From Chlorokybus atmophyticus (Eukaryota; Plantae; Mesostigma and Chlorokybus algae), in assembly GCA_009103225.1 (NCBI GenBank), contig RHPI01003116.1:62001-126000 (forward strand): a stretch of 64,000 nt of DNA, written 5' to 3'. The notes below the pieces were generated by a model. The model was given only the letters and a program-made list of their open reading frames with translations. It was not told the origin of the DNA and did not search any database. This document shows, in pieces, positions 1 to 11,604 of the stretch. A program made the translations under genes and the position numbers. Position 1 is the first letter of the stretch. Each line of letters opens with the position of its first letter.

Positions 1-847
1 CACCCCAACCTTTTTTGCCAAGGGCTGTGTGTGAGGGAGGGCTATTCGCTGGACCATGTAACTCACACAAGTTTGGCGGTATTTCGCGATGCAAATTTGC
101 CGCACGCGCAATCTTACGGCATGCACTGCCTCTGCCATGGCTATGCAGGCGAGTGTTGATGGCAATATCTTCTTATAAGTCATGAAAAGGCCTAGAGTTG
201 GCTCGTGTAAGCAGCATAACGCACAAAGCTGACCAAAGACATTTGATGAAAGGGAGGGGGGGGGAGGGGGTATACTTTGCATTAAAGGCGAGTAGAGCCC
301 CTCACCCTTTCCTTGAGGGGCCATGTAATACGAATGTAGCTTTATCACTGAATATACGACACGATATGAGACAAGGGGTGCTGCAAGCAATAATGCCACT
401 GTCTTGGTTGGCACGTGCAGATTAGCACACTTATGTACATCAAGAAGACTCTACGGCGAGTTCAAGCCACAAGGAGGGAACGTGGCTGCAATTTGCGTTC
501 TTTATGCATATGCAACGTGTATAGCAGCATGCCATGCAAGGCCATGAACAACTTATATTTGGCAACTTTGCCTACCCTCAACATACCCTGAATGTTATGT
601 TCAATTAAGCACTCGCAAGCAATGGGGCAAAGCATGTAAGCATGAATACCGTTAGATGCAGTGTTAATGACGCTGTTGTGTCACCCCATCACCAACGCTG
701 CACATCACGCGTCACGCGATCATCACGACGCCACCACTGCGTTGACAACTCACATCAGCCTAACATGCGGTACATCAGGCTGATGTAAGGTACGTGCCGG
801 ACGACGCTGAGCCTCACGGGGTTGGGAAACGGTCACCGCTGGCTCAC

Positions 848-896
848 CATTTCATGCATTGACAGTGACAGTTTGTCACTGTCAATGCATGAAATG
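848..896. repeat. Perfect 23-bp inverted repeat with 3-nt loop
   Basis: CATTTCATGCATTGACAGTGACA (848-870), GTT, then its exact reverse complement TGTCACTGTCAATGCATGAAATG (874-896). Confidence 0.95.
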
Positions 897-1346
897 CGGG
901 ACATGTACTGATACCATCTAAAACGGGCAGTTCAAAATCTGCGCGCCGAGCAAAATCGATTGCGGCGTGAGTCAGCGTGAGTCTAGCTCAGCGCGCATGC
1001 CGACAAGGCACTGCCCGTTGTTCACACAACCTCTTGCTAGGAAAGTAGTAACTTCGATCGGGCACATCATGAATATCTAACTACTAGCTTGGCATTATGC
1101 ATTTTAACGATGGAGCACCTGAACGTATATTGCGCGGGGGTTTGACGAATTTGAAAGCATACCTTTGGGACGGCGCAAGGTCCGCCGCGCAGCATACGAA
1201 GAATTCACGGCACTACGCGACATGCACGCAAACAAAGGTGTACTGTGCGAAAGTATTGTGTAACAGAAGTTGAACTTTTGTTACAAAACAATTCACTTGG
1301 GTGAATTACCGTCCGTCGCATTTATGCATTGAGCGACGCGCCTTCA

Positions 1347-1533
1347 GGCGGTAATACATTATTACTAATACTTGACGGCGGTAATACCGGACCCTACAAG
1401 AGTGGATTGAAGATAGAGTATGATTACGACGCAATGTTTTCTCACCGAGGGCCTTAACAAGGTAGCTGTTAGGCCTATGGTCCTTTCTTGGGCGTGGGCC
1501 GGTCGCAGGCAGGCTGCGGGGCTATATAATAAA
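1347..1533 (+). promoter_or_regulatory. Putative TATA promoter of the saposin gene with two upstream 11-bp direct repeats
   Basis: TATATAA at 1523-1529; GGCGGTAATAC at 1347-1357 and 1377-1387; lies about 420 bp upstream of the saposin ATG, with a candidate 5'UTR acceptor (TGTGCAG) just before the ATG. Promoter function is inferred. Confidence 0.45.
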
Positions 1534-1943
1534 CACAACACCCGCTGCGACAACTAGTGGTGAATGCTGTGTTCCGTTGCATTGTGAGAGAGCCAAGCGA
1601 ACTGAAGCTGACTGAAGCTGACTGAAGGCGTGCTACCCCAGAGTTGGTTGCTTGAACCGGCCGGCTCAGCCTCCCGCTAGCAAAGGTGCGCTTACTTGTG
1701 TCGCCGCCGGCAATGCTTTGCCCCCTCCCCTACTTCTTCTCCCAACAGAAACTTGTGGATGCCTCCTGCTGAGATGACTGCGTTCTAAGTGTACTTATCG
1801 TGCCTTGCTGTCTGAGTGGGTCAGCTCAGCCATGATGCATGCATGGCGCCACTGTCTAACCATCAATTGCATGCTTATGTCGTGGGAGGCATGCGCGCGC
1901 ACCTATACCTAACATGCACTCTCTCTATGGTGTGCAGGACAGG

Positions 1944-2342
1944 ATGATGCCCAAGGCGCAGCGGCCGCTTGGCTCACTTCTCCTGTTGGCGTTGTTCATC
2001 GCCGTGGTGGTGGCTGCATTGGTCGCCCCGAAGACGGCGGAGGCGGCTACGCTTGCGGAGAACGACTGCGCGTACTGCCGTCTTGCGGCGGAGACGGCGG
2101 GCGCTACCAACGCCGTAGTACCCGCGAACCCCAGCAAGTTTGCGCTGGCGTACTTCAAACGCCTTTTTGTGAACGCCTCCTGCGCCAGGCTGCCCGTGCC
2201 TGGACCCACGGGCAGGCTAGCGAAAATCGTCTTCGCGTGCCAGGACTTTGTCACCCAGAACGGGGTGGCGATTGTCAATGCGGTCAGTGCGGGAGCGGAC
2301 CCAGCCAATGTCTGCGAGACGCTCAACTTCTGCCCCAACTAG
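1944..2342 (+). CDS. Secreted saposin-like (SapB domain) protein, intronless CDS, 132 aa
   Basis: Hydrophobic signal peptide (LGSLLLLALFIAVVVAALVAPKTAEA) followed by the six-Cys saposin pattern DCAYC...SCARL...CQDFVTQNGVAIVNAVSAGADPANVCETLNFC. First true ATG at 1944. Confidence 0.8.
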   Translation: MMPKAQRPLGSLLLLALFIAVVVAALVAPKTAEAATLAENDCAYCRLAAETAGATNAVVPANPSKFALAYFKRLFVNASCARLPVPGPTGRLAKIVFACQDFVTQNGVAIVNAVSAGADPANVCETLNFCPN

Positions 2343-2656
2343 AGGGTTAGCTATAGCAGCCTGTTTGAGCAAACGGGCATGCAGTGTTGGCAGTGTTAGA
2401 AGTGTGTGACTGACACTGAAGTTGTGTATCTAGCTTCTCAGTGTTGGTCTTGCTGTATTCAGTGGTAGTACTTTTGGTGACATTGCCCATTGTAGTTTGC
2501 ATGCAAGTAGTAGCCTATATCAGCAACACGTATTTGAAGCAAAGGCGGATTTTGTAAGCAATTTTGGGTACCTACAACATACTGTGGGTGAGGCTAAGTT
2601 GCACTGCGCTTGCTTGCAATTGTAAGAGTGAGTAGCCAACGAACATACACACATAA

Positions 2657-5534
2657 TCATGAAGTTTGTGTCCTTTTGGCATCATTGTCAACAGTATGGC
2701 ACTCGGGTGAGTCATGTGGCGGCACGCACAGCACGAAGCGCCCCGACAAAGCCAATAGCTTCAAAAACTCAGCCTGGAAACCAAACGAGTGCGCCGCCTC
2801 CACACCTTCCACCTGTATATGAGAGTTACAACATTATTCAATTTCATGCATCATGAATAGCACACCAGATATTGTTAAAAACCGTTAATAGGAGGAGCAA
2901 CCAGAGTTGTCAGTGTCTTGTTGTATCACATGCTGTCATTGACAACTGTGCCACTTCATGGGTTGTTGTAATGTTGTTATTGCACAATCTGTGCTTATGC
3001 GACAACATTTTGCGCGCCAATACCCAGCCTGCACCTGATCATGGTAGTGGTACGGCACCTTCGGGTCATGCTCCACACCGTACCCATAAAGTCTCACCCT
3101 CTCACACAACTGGAACAGTACACATTGTCAACAACTGCGCCATTGCATGCATGTGACATGTGTGCGCTCATCGGCACTGACAGCGAGTGCGAAGAAGAGG
3201 CCCTCGACTCCTGTCGGCGCGCTGTTGCGGCCATTGATGGTCATGTAACCCTGCTTGTGTGCATGCGCATGTTTGAAGAAAGAGTGCGAATTATGACCTT
3301 GATTGACTGATACATGCATGCTGCTGACCGCTTCGATGACGGCGGCGTTGGCCTTCTTGTACTGCCCTCGTGCTGCACCCGCAAACTCTGGCGCCATGAA
3401 GAGCACCTGGTGGCATATGAGTACGACAACAGTGGGAGTGCATACACACATTACACACGGCCTGGAAGACCCTTGATTACCCCTTTTTGTTGTTGTACAC
3501 ATACGCAGGTGGGTGCGCACGCTTGTATGCACAAACAGACACGCACGCACGCACGCACCATCATAAGCACGCACGCGCACACAGGCGCACACAAACACCT
3601 TATCAGCGCCGAACTTCTTTGCAAGCTGTGGCCACGCACGAGCCGAGCTTATGCCAAACAATACAAGACTGCCATTTAGCGGCGAACCCTGCCCTGCATC
3701 GTGTGCAAGAAGATTGAGTCATATTCAGCCACACAGGATAGTGAGTGTGTACTACCAGAATATCAACGCACACGTACCGTGCGGGGGCCTGCGCAGCCAC
3801 GTGCTCGTCCACGCATTGTTGAGTATTCTGAACGTCGTGCGCGACCCAACAAGCTTCTCAAACCTGCCGTGCACAGCGCGTGTGTGCACACGCTCATGTG
3901 TGCATGTGCGTGCGCGTGCATAATCAAGACTTGCATGCATGTAATGTCATTCTCATAGCCTCTCACCCTGTTGTTGGCCCATCGTTGAAGCGGATAACGG
4001 CGTCGTTGGTGTCGATGGCGCGCCCGAAGCGGCTCAGAGTGAGCACGCCGCTGTTGCCCACAACAGCGCACGTACCGAAACGCCTCTCCTCCAAATCCTA
4101 ACATAGGCATAAGAAAGTGGCTTGTGTTGGGCTGACGCACGCACGCACGCACGCATGCACGCACGCACGCAAGCACGCATGCACGCACATAAACACGCAC
4201 GCACGCACGAACGCGCATGCGCTTACGCTATGTGTTGTGACCCGACTCAATGCACATATGTAGGTGTGTGAGTTTGAAATGCGTACTGTGGTGGGTAGGA
4301 GTGCGGGTGATATCGGCGCCTTGCTGTACTTGTTGTCTGGCAATTTCTGGTTCACGACGAATCGAGAGACTCGGGCCAGTCGCCAGCTGTCGGTGCCAGG
4401 AAGATACAGCTTCGACAGCACACTCGCTGCATGCGAGCAGTCATTGTGTTTGTGAACACACGCATGCATACAGTGCATATGTGCATTGATGCGCATGTGC
4501 ATGCATCTCTGTGTGTCTGCATGTCCACATGCGTACGCACAGACAAGCAGACGCGCATGCTTGCTTGCACGTGCGCGTGCGTGCGCATGCGTGCGTGTGT
4601 GTGTGTGTGCGCGTGCATGTCAGTGCCACACATATGCCACTGACACACTCGGTGCACATGGTGTACGTGTGCGCACTTGTGTTGCAAGAACGAGTGGCAT
4701 CATTGATTGTGTGTCTTTGCGTCGCTCACCTCTGTCAAATGTGACGTTTCCAAACGACTCCTTTGGTCCCGCGTCGTGCCGATGACGCTGCTGAGTATTG
4801 CGCTGCTTTGTGTCCGTCGCCAACAGCAACGAATTCTCTACGCGCACGCGTTGTTGGCCAACCCCACCCGACAGTGCTGGTAACGAACAACATGCGAAGC
4901 AACCAGTTAAACCACTAGCGATCACCCCACACACGCACGCACCCACGCACGTGCACACACAGGTACACGCTTCTGCTAAAACCTTTATTGCTGTGCTGTT
5001 GAGAAGCTGTTGTTGTGGTCTCTTGTGTGTCTGAGCTGTGGTATGAGTGGCGGGCGGCCTCGTACTGGACGGTGCGAAGGGCGGCCACCAGCAGGAGCAC
5101 AAGAGCCAACAGCTGCGCACATATACATGTATGTGCATACATATATGCACATACACGTGTAGTTGGTTGTATTGAACAAACACAACAATGACAAGCACAG
5201 GTATTGGTTATTATCAACATGTTGCTGATGTTGGTTGTTCTATGCACGTCATGACATCAATTCAAACAGGCTATAGAGGCTGAATATATGAACTACAAGT
5301 ATGCGAATTGGGCACTTGTTATAAAGTAACACATGACACTTTTGCCGTATAGTGTCCATCTGTGTACTTGTGTACGTGTGCTACCTGTGTGCACGCGAGC
5401 AACCACTACTACTGCCGTATTTTGTCACTCTGTCACTCAGACTCAAATCTACTTACATGGAACTTGGAGAAGCCGCCTCGAGCCGCTGATCTTGAACCCC
5501 TCGGCGGCGATGGCGGCGGGGACTTCGACGCCAT
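2657..5534 (-). CDS. Glycosyltransferase family 29 (sialyltransferase-like), type II membrane protein, 11 exons, 399 aa
   Basis: Exons 5534-5457, 5112-4983, 4876-4730, 4426-4287, 4097-3967, 3863-3778, 3693-3599, 3406-3314, 3250-3182, 3109-3035, 2812-2657; all GT-AG and phase-consistent (1200 nt). Sialylmotif L CAVVGNSGVLTLSRFGRAIDTNDAVIRFNDGPT, motif S PTGVEGLFFALALCERVRLYGYG, motif III YHY, motif VS HSFGFQAEFL; N-terminal TM LLALVLLLVAAL. Confidence 0.9.
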
Positions 5535-5722
5535 CGTCCCCAATGCCGCCGCCGCCGCCCACACTGTATGCCTCCAAACCACCAGCACCACCTACATCAC
5601 CCCCCCTCGTTTGGTTTATTGTTTGTTTGTTGCTCGTTGCTACAATATCACGTGAGCAAAGCGGATATCTTGTACGACCCGATGTCACACGCGGTACCCG
5701 TCGATATCGAAGGTGTTTCAAT

Positions 5723-5730
5723 TAGGGTTT
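5723..5730. promoter_or_regulatory. Telo-box (AAACCCTA/TAGGGTTT); one of seven perfect copies near gene starts
   Basis: Copies at 5723, 13272, 13574, 38432, 42953, 60978 and 61205, each within about 200 bp of a start codon. The telo-box is an established plant promoter/5'UTR element. Confidence 0.7.
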
Positions 5731-5919
5731 GGAGGGGTTGGCTGACTGGTGTGCTGGGCTGAGTAACTGGGCGGCGGCGGCGGCGGTGGAGGAGAAGCAG
5801 CAGGAGGAGGACGAGGAGGCTGGGAGTTGTTCCTTCATTGTCTGCGGTGTTGGTGGGTCCGCCTGTGTCAATGTCGCCGGATCGGTAACGGACACGCCCT
5901 CGCAGGAACCTGCAGCATT

Positions 5920-8900
5920 ATGCAAAGGTTGGTACGCAAAAAGCAGCAGAAGAAAACAATACACGCAGTCAGTCTGGTTCCGTTTACTTCGGTCAGATTT
6001 GACTATTGCGCTCATCATGAAACGCTTGCTACGTCAAGTGAAACTTTGTAATGCCATAATACTCCATGCTTGCAAACATGACTCGGTACCTCCAGTCAGC
6101 ACAGCAGTCGTGCAAAAGGCATGTTCCTGAAACACACATACGGACACTGTCTGCATGTCCGTGTACATTTGTGTATATGTGCTTCAGTACAAATATGTGC
6201 GTATGTCTCAGACGCTCAGTGTTTACGTGTATCTCCGAATCTACACGTATGTCCTCATACACATACATGCACACATTGTGCTTGCATTACATGTGGTCAT
6301 GAAGACAAATGTTGTAAAGCACTTGCACAGTTGTCGTACGTGTGTATACATGTCCAGACATGTGTCTTACAGCTTGTCAAATACGTGTCTCTATGCAACT
6401 TACACCTTTCTCTTTGCCTCTCTCTCTCCACAGCAGTCTCTTCCCGGGCAAGAAGCTATCCTCCTACCCCGGCACTCTCCGCGTCTCTCGCGTCCGTTCC
6501 CTCAACAACGACACCGCCAGCGACCCTCGCTCCCCCGTCGGTGCCGCCATCGCCGAGGCCGTTGCGTTCGTGCACACCAGAGTCGAGGAGGGGGAGGAAG
6601 AGAGAGGGGTGCATAGAGAAGGAGTGTGTAAAGAAGGGGCGGCGGGGGGTGGTGAGGTAAACGGTGTGTCGACTGCAACTACACCCTCGAGGTATGCTTT
6701 CACAACTTGGATTCAGTGTTTTGTGTGAACGCATAGCATGTGCACGACAAGTAAATACGCTGTGTATACACAAAGCGTACTTGTTGTGCTTACTTTGTGA
6801 GTGTACACAAAGTACATGTCGTGAACATCTGCTGTTCACGATCATGACTTCCCCCCCATGTGTAAATATGGTGTCACCACACGTAACTTGAGCATATGGT
6901 GACACGACATACACAACCTACATACAACAAGTATCTTTTGTAGCACAACGGCATACTTGTGCGCGTGTTGTGTGTAAATCACATTCACTCCATAAGTTTG
7001 TTGTGTTACATATACGATATGTGTGTCATACCGCTCGCATTTGTGTCTCTTGCTATCTGGATGCCGTCATGTCATACATGCAGTGCGTATTGCCACACAA
7101 CCACACTAGCATGCATGTTTCCAGGAACATGCGACCAAACTGCGGTCGCTTGCTACAAGCGACATGAACAGCGTGTCTACAAGACGTACCAACTCGTGTG
7201 TTTCATAGCAGCGGTGGCATGGGCGATCGTTCGGCGAGAGGCAGCCGCGCGAACAGCAGCAACAGCGTGAAGGCTCAGCAGGAAGGCCACAAGAATGCGG
7301 CGCCGCGGGACGACAACTCGCCCACCACAGCCACAACGGGCTTTGTAGAGGAGAGCCGCAGCACCATACGCCTCAATAAGTTCACAAAGGTAGGTGGTGA
7401 TGTGGCCCTTGAAGGAGTGGCGTAGTTGGTTGTGGCGTGTGTGAAGGGTGGTGCGTGTGCACTTGTGTGAGCATGTATGTTGACGTGTGATGGGTTTCCA
7501 TAAGCGGGTGGGATGTGGCCAGGTGTTGGAGAAGAGCACGGTGGATTTGGATGCGCTGCGGGAGCTGGCATGGTCGGGGATCCCCGCTGAGCTGCGCCCG
7601 TGCTGCTGGCGCTTGCTGTTGGTACGCTCCATTGCACTACAAAATACATCGGAACAATTACTCCACATCGCTCAGCGCACCATACGCACCGATACCGCAC
7701 TGCACACCCGCACGCTCAAACAACGTACACGTTGCGCACACAACATCACAACATCACAATAACACACTGTCACAACAGGGGTACCAGCCGGTGCACGGGG
7801 AGCGGGCTGAGTCGGTCCTTGGGAGGCGTCGCGGTGAGTATCGCGACGCGTTGCCCCGTTGGTACGACATTGCGGACGCGCAGAGGTCAGACGACGAGCT
7901 GGGCACGCTGCGGCAGATTTATGTGGACGTGCCGCGCACAGCCCCCGCCGTCCCATTCTTCCAGTCCGCACCCGTACAGCGAAGCCTACAGCGCATACTC
8001 TACATATGGGCCATACGGCACCCGGCATCCGGCTACGTACAGGTGTGCACCCGTGACAACAGCACATCGTGCACAACATGTTGGTTTACAATCTCATGCT
8101 GTGTGCGTTGTCTTGACATGAACATCTTGTACCTGTATTGCAAAGTTCATTGTTGTGCGCTTTGTGTGTGTTTAAAAACTTGGGTGTACATACTTGAATT
8201 TGACAATGCTGCTGTATACCCGTTTGTTTCTTTTGCAGGGTATCAATGACTTGTGCGTGCCGTTCTTGTACGTGTTTCTGTCTGCCGTGTGCGAGGGGGA
8301 TATCAGTAATTGGGACGCGAGCGCCATTCCCGAGGAAACCCTTGTAGATGTCGAGGTGCGTAGGCACTCAATTGCTTTCAATCTCAGTCCCTCTTTCATA
8401 CAGAAATTGCATTGCCGAGTGTGCTCAACAGGTGCATGTTTTGGTTGTGTTTGCCCCCCAGGCCGATTGTTTTTGGTGTTTGAGCAAGTTGCTGGACGGG
8501 ATACAAGACCACTACACATTTGCGCAGCCGGGCATACAACGGATGGTCTTCCGGTTGAAGGAGCTTGTTCGCCGCATAGATGGTATGTTTGTGTGTGAAA
8601 CCAACGTTACCCTCGCAATGAAGCATGTGGTGTCATCACAAATCTTGTATGTATTTCTTGCAGAGGGGATATATTTGCACCTGGAAAGGCAGAATGTGGA
8701 GTTTCTGCAGTTTGCTTTCAGGTGGTTTAACTGCCTGCTTAGCCGCGAGGTCCCATTCATGCTTGTGCAGCGCCTGTGGGACACATACCTGGCAGGTGAG
8801 CTCTTGGTCTCATGTAAGTGGTTACCCAATACTGCACCTTGTGTGAAGCTCACTGTACAAGCATTGTACAACATGCAGAGGGAGACAAGTTTGCGGATTT

Positions 8901-9195
8901 TCTTGTGTACTTGTGCGCGGCGCTGTTGTTGAGATGGGCAGACCAATTACGCTTGCTGGACTTTCAGGACATGGTCATCTTCCTTCAGCACCTTCCCACG
9001 CAAGAGTTCACCGTTCAGGCGAGTGTTGTGTACATATATCTCCAAGACTACTCTGTGACGTGTGTGTTGCAACGCACGCGCTTGCCATTGACTCAACTCT
9101 CTTGTTGCAACATGCAGGATGTGGAGATGCTTTTATCGCAAGCATACATATGGAGAACGATGTATCAGTCTAGTAACGATAGTCTACAAACATGA
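5920..9195 (+). CDS. TBC1D22: TBC-domain Rab GTPase-activating protein, TBC1D22/GYP1 family
   Basis: Core exons encode VDLDALRELAWSGIPAELRPCCWRLLLGY, QIYVDVPRT (R finger), IWAIRHPASGYVQGINDL (Q finger), EADCFWCLSKLLDGIQDHYTFAQPGIQ, QFAFRWFNCLLSRE and RLWDTYLAE; stop at 9193-9195. The N-terminal exons (5920-5927, 6433-6690, about 7209-7389) and the start codon are less certain. Confidence 0.93.
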
Positions 9196-9589
9196 CGTGT
9201 TGCAACGCCATCCTGCAATACATGCCCATGCGATGCATGCATACGCACCGGTCACGTGATCACACCGATGCCCCACAAGTGAGTAAGCATGTCGCAATGG
9301 TTGTCACTTCCTATGATGCAGTGTCATGACTATTGTCTGCTCTGTGAATAGCATTGTTGCCATTGTTCAAGTCCACCTATCATAGGGTATAACGAAGGGG
9401 ACCATATCATGAGCATGCACTTGAGTTGTGATTACCACTCTCTCACCTACGACAAGTTCAATCCATGAGTATCTGTTAGTACTGATATGCAAGTATTGGC
9501 TGTCAGTGCTGCACCATGCGTGACCGGACATGACACCCCTTGCATGCAACCTATGAGGCATAACATTTTTTGTACACACAACCCCAACC

Positions 9590-9801
9590 CCACCACCCAA
9601 CCCCACCAGCAGCACCAACACCAACTGCCAGCAAGGACTGCACAGCAGAACGCACTGCCGCACTGCACAACCACAGTGCCGGAACAGAGGGGCGGGGCAG
9701 AGGGGCAGGGCAGAGGGGCCCTGCCAGCTGAACAACAACGAGGGTTGCAACGATGGTTGCAAGTCAGCGGTGGCAGGCTAGGGAAGGCAGACGAGGCGGA
9801 T

Positions 9802-9892
<91 letters not shown>

Positions 9893-10262
9893 NNNNNNNN
9901 NNNNNNNNNNNNNNNNNNNNNNNNNNNNNNNNNNNNNNNNNNNNNNNNNNNNNNNNNNNNNNNNNNNNNNNNNNNNNNNNNNNNNNNNNNNNNNNNNNNN
10001 NNNNNNNNNNNNNNNNNNNNNNNNNNNNNNNNNNNNNNNNNNNNNNNNNNNNNNNNNNNNNNNNNNNNNNNNNNNNNNNNNNNNNNNNNNNNNNNNNNNN
10101 NNNNNNNNNNNNNNNNNNNNNNNNNNNNNNNNNNNNNNNNNNNNNNNNNNNNNNNNNNNNNNNNNNNGAGTCATTCACGCTGCGTGCATCTGCACAACCA
10201 CCGCACTGCGCCGTGCCTGCCGTTACTAACGCTGCTGCTACTGTGCTTGACACAGGTAATTA
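9590..10262 (+). repeat. Dispersed repeat, copy A (partner at 31389-31740, inverted); contains (GA)n and an N gap
   Basis: 9708-9727 is the exact reverse complement of 31597-31616; 10251-10261 (CACAGGTAATT) is the exact reverse complement of 31389-31399; looser collinear similarity flanks both blocks. Confidence 0.75.
9805..9892. repeat. (GA)n microsatellite running into an assembly gap (N 9893-10167)
   Basis: Direct reading of the sequence. Confidence 0.97.
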
Positions 10263-11604
10263 CAACTGCATGCATGCATGTGTGTGTGTGTCACGGGGTA
10301 AGGGCGTTAGTGAAGGTAGGTAAGTAGATAGCAACCAACCCGGTGGTGAATGTGAGTGTGATGGTGTAGTGTGCTGATTGTGCTGATTGTTGGCATGTGT
10401 ATGACACGCTTATGCATGATACAATCCCTGCATCCGATATGTTGTACATACCTGTTGCGCATTCTCTGTACAACCCTACACGCACATCCACAGGTCACTA
10501 CGCTATGCGAGCGCTGGTATTGGCCTGTCCTGGTCTGGCTTGGCTTGATTTGTTAGCCTTGGCCTCTAAACAGAATAACTGTGTAACTCTGTCGCACAAA
10601 TGCTAAAGCTGTTTACTGAAGCTCACACCTAACGAGACAAATCAGCAGCATAATCCAGCCCCATGGATGCACACCTTGTGGCAGCAAAGTATACACGCAT
10701 GCATGGTCTGGAGCATAATCATTGCAAACTAACTGTGTGCTCTCTGTCTTCCCAGGAAGCGGAGTAGCACATACAATTCTTAGTGTAGGTGGTGGTCTTC
10801 ATACCACAACCTACATCCGCCGACACCAACGCACACAGAAGTGCAAACAAGAACAAGCCGCTGGAGCATGCAACACTCTTGAGTAGTAGACGCACATGCA
10901 CAACAACATTTGCGGAGACGAGCGAAGCAGGACCCACAATCGCAACACGCAAGCGGATATTACCCAACAATAAACAAACAACACGTACAGCAATATGCAA
11001 TCACAAACAGTGGTAGGATGGTGCGGGGCTCGTGTATGCTTTACAGTGCGCGCGCGTGCCAGAGTTCTTACAGCAAAAGGACCTAACTGTAAAAACTTCC
11101 AAAACCTAAGGAGAAAAACATCTCGCGAAATGAGAGCGAAACTGAGAAACAACTCTGGAACACCTCTACTGAAAAGACTCTGAAGAGTAAAAGTACAAGG
11201 AAGAGACTCTGAAGCCAGCCAGCATGAGACTGCTGTGCCAACGCGTGTGAACGCCGTGGACACGTGCCAAACGCCATGCGTGAAACACCAACACTGAAAA
11301 GCGAAAACTCCATAGCAACGCTTCAACGACTCCTCAACTTTCTTCACACCCCGCCTTGGAACCCGATCTCCAACTCGAACAGGAACCGGAACTTGGAAGA
11401 TAAAAAGCAACACCAACACCAAACAAAACAACCCCACCCAACCCTAACCCAACCCTACCCATCAGAAGATACCCAACTCATCTACAACCCACCTGACCCA
11501 CTCAACTCACCCAACCTGCTCTACCCTTAGGGCAGATGCCCTCAGCGGCGAACCTCCTTGATACACCTATACCTGTCTCACTACACACTCTCACCTCACA
11601 TCTC

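Noticed and set aside
1601-1630. Short tandem ACTGAAGCTG repeats as a CRISPR-like array
   Set aside because: Only about 2.6 contiguous 10-bp units with no spacers; eukaryotic context and no cas genes.
1925-2338. 137-aa minus-strand ORF
   Set aside because: Antisense shadow of the saposin CDS; no motif of its own.
3451-4785. Many Cys/His/Val/Met-rich 60-150 aa ORFs (same pattern at 54-57 kb and 59.8-60.5 kb)
   Set aside because: Stop-poor alternating purine-pyrimidine introns; real exons were identified inside them.
9447-10327. Long ORFs with ERER/SLSL runs (also 15964-16625 and 21084-21649)
   Set aside because: Translations of GA/CT microsatellites and N gaps.
10811-11437. 208-aa minus-strand ORF
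   Set aside because: Starts at a non-ATG codon, is U-rich and has no domain; best explained as the 3'UTR of the RRM gene.
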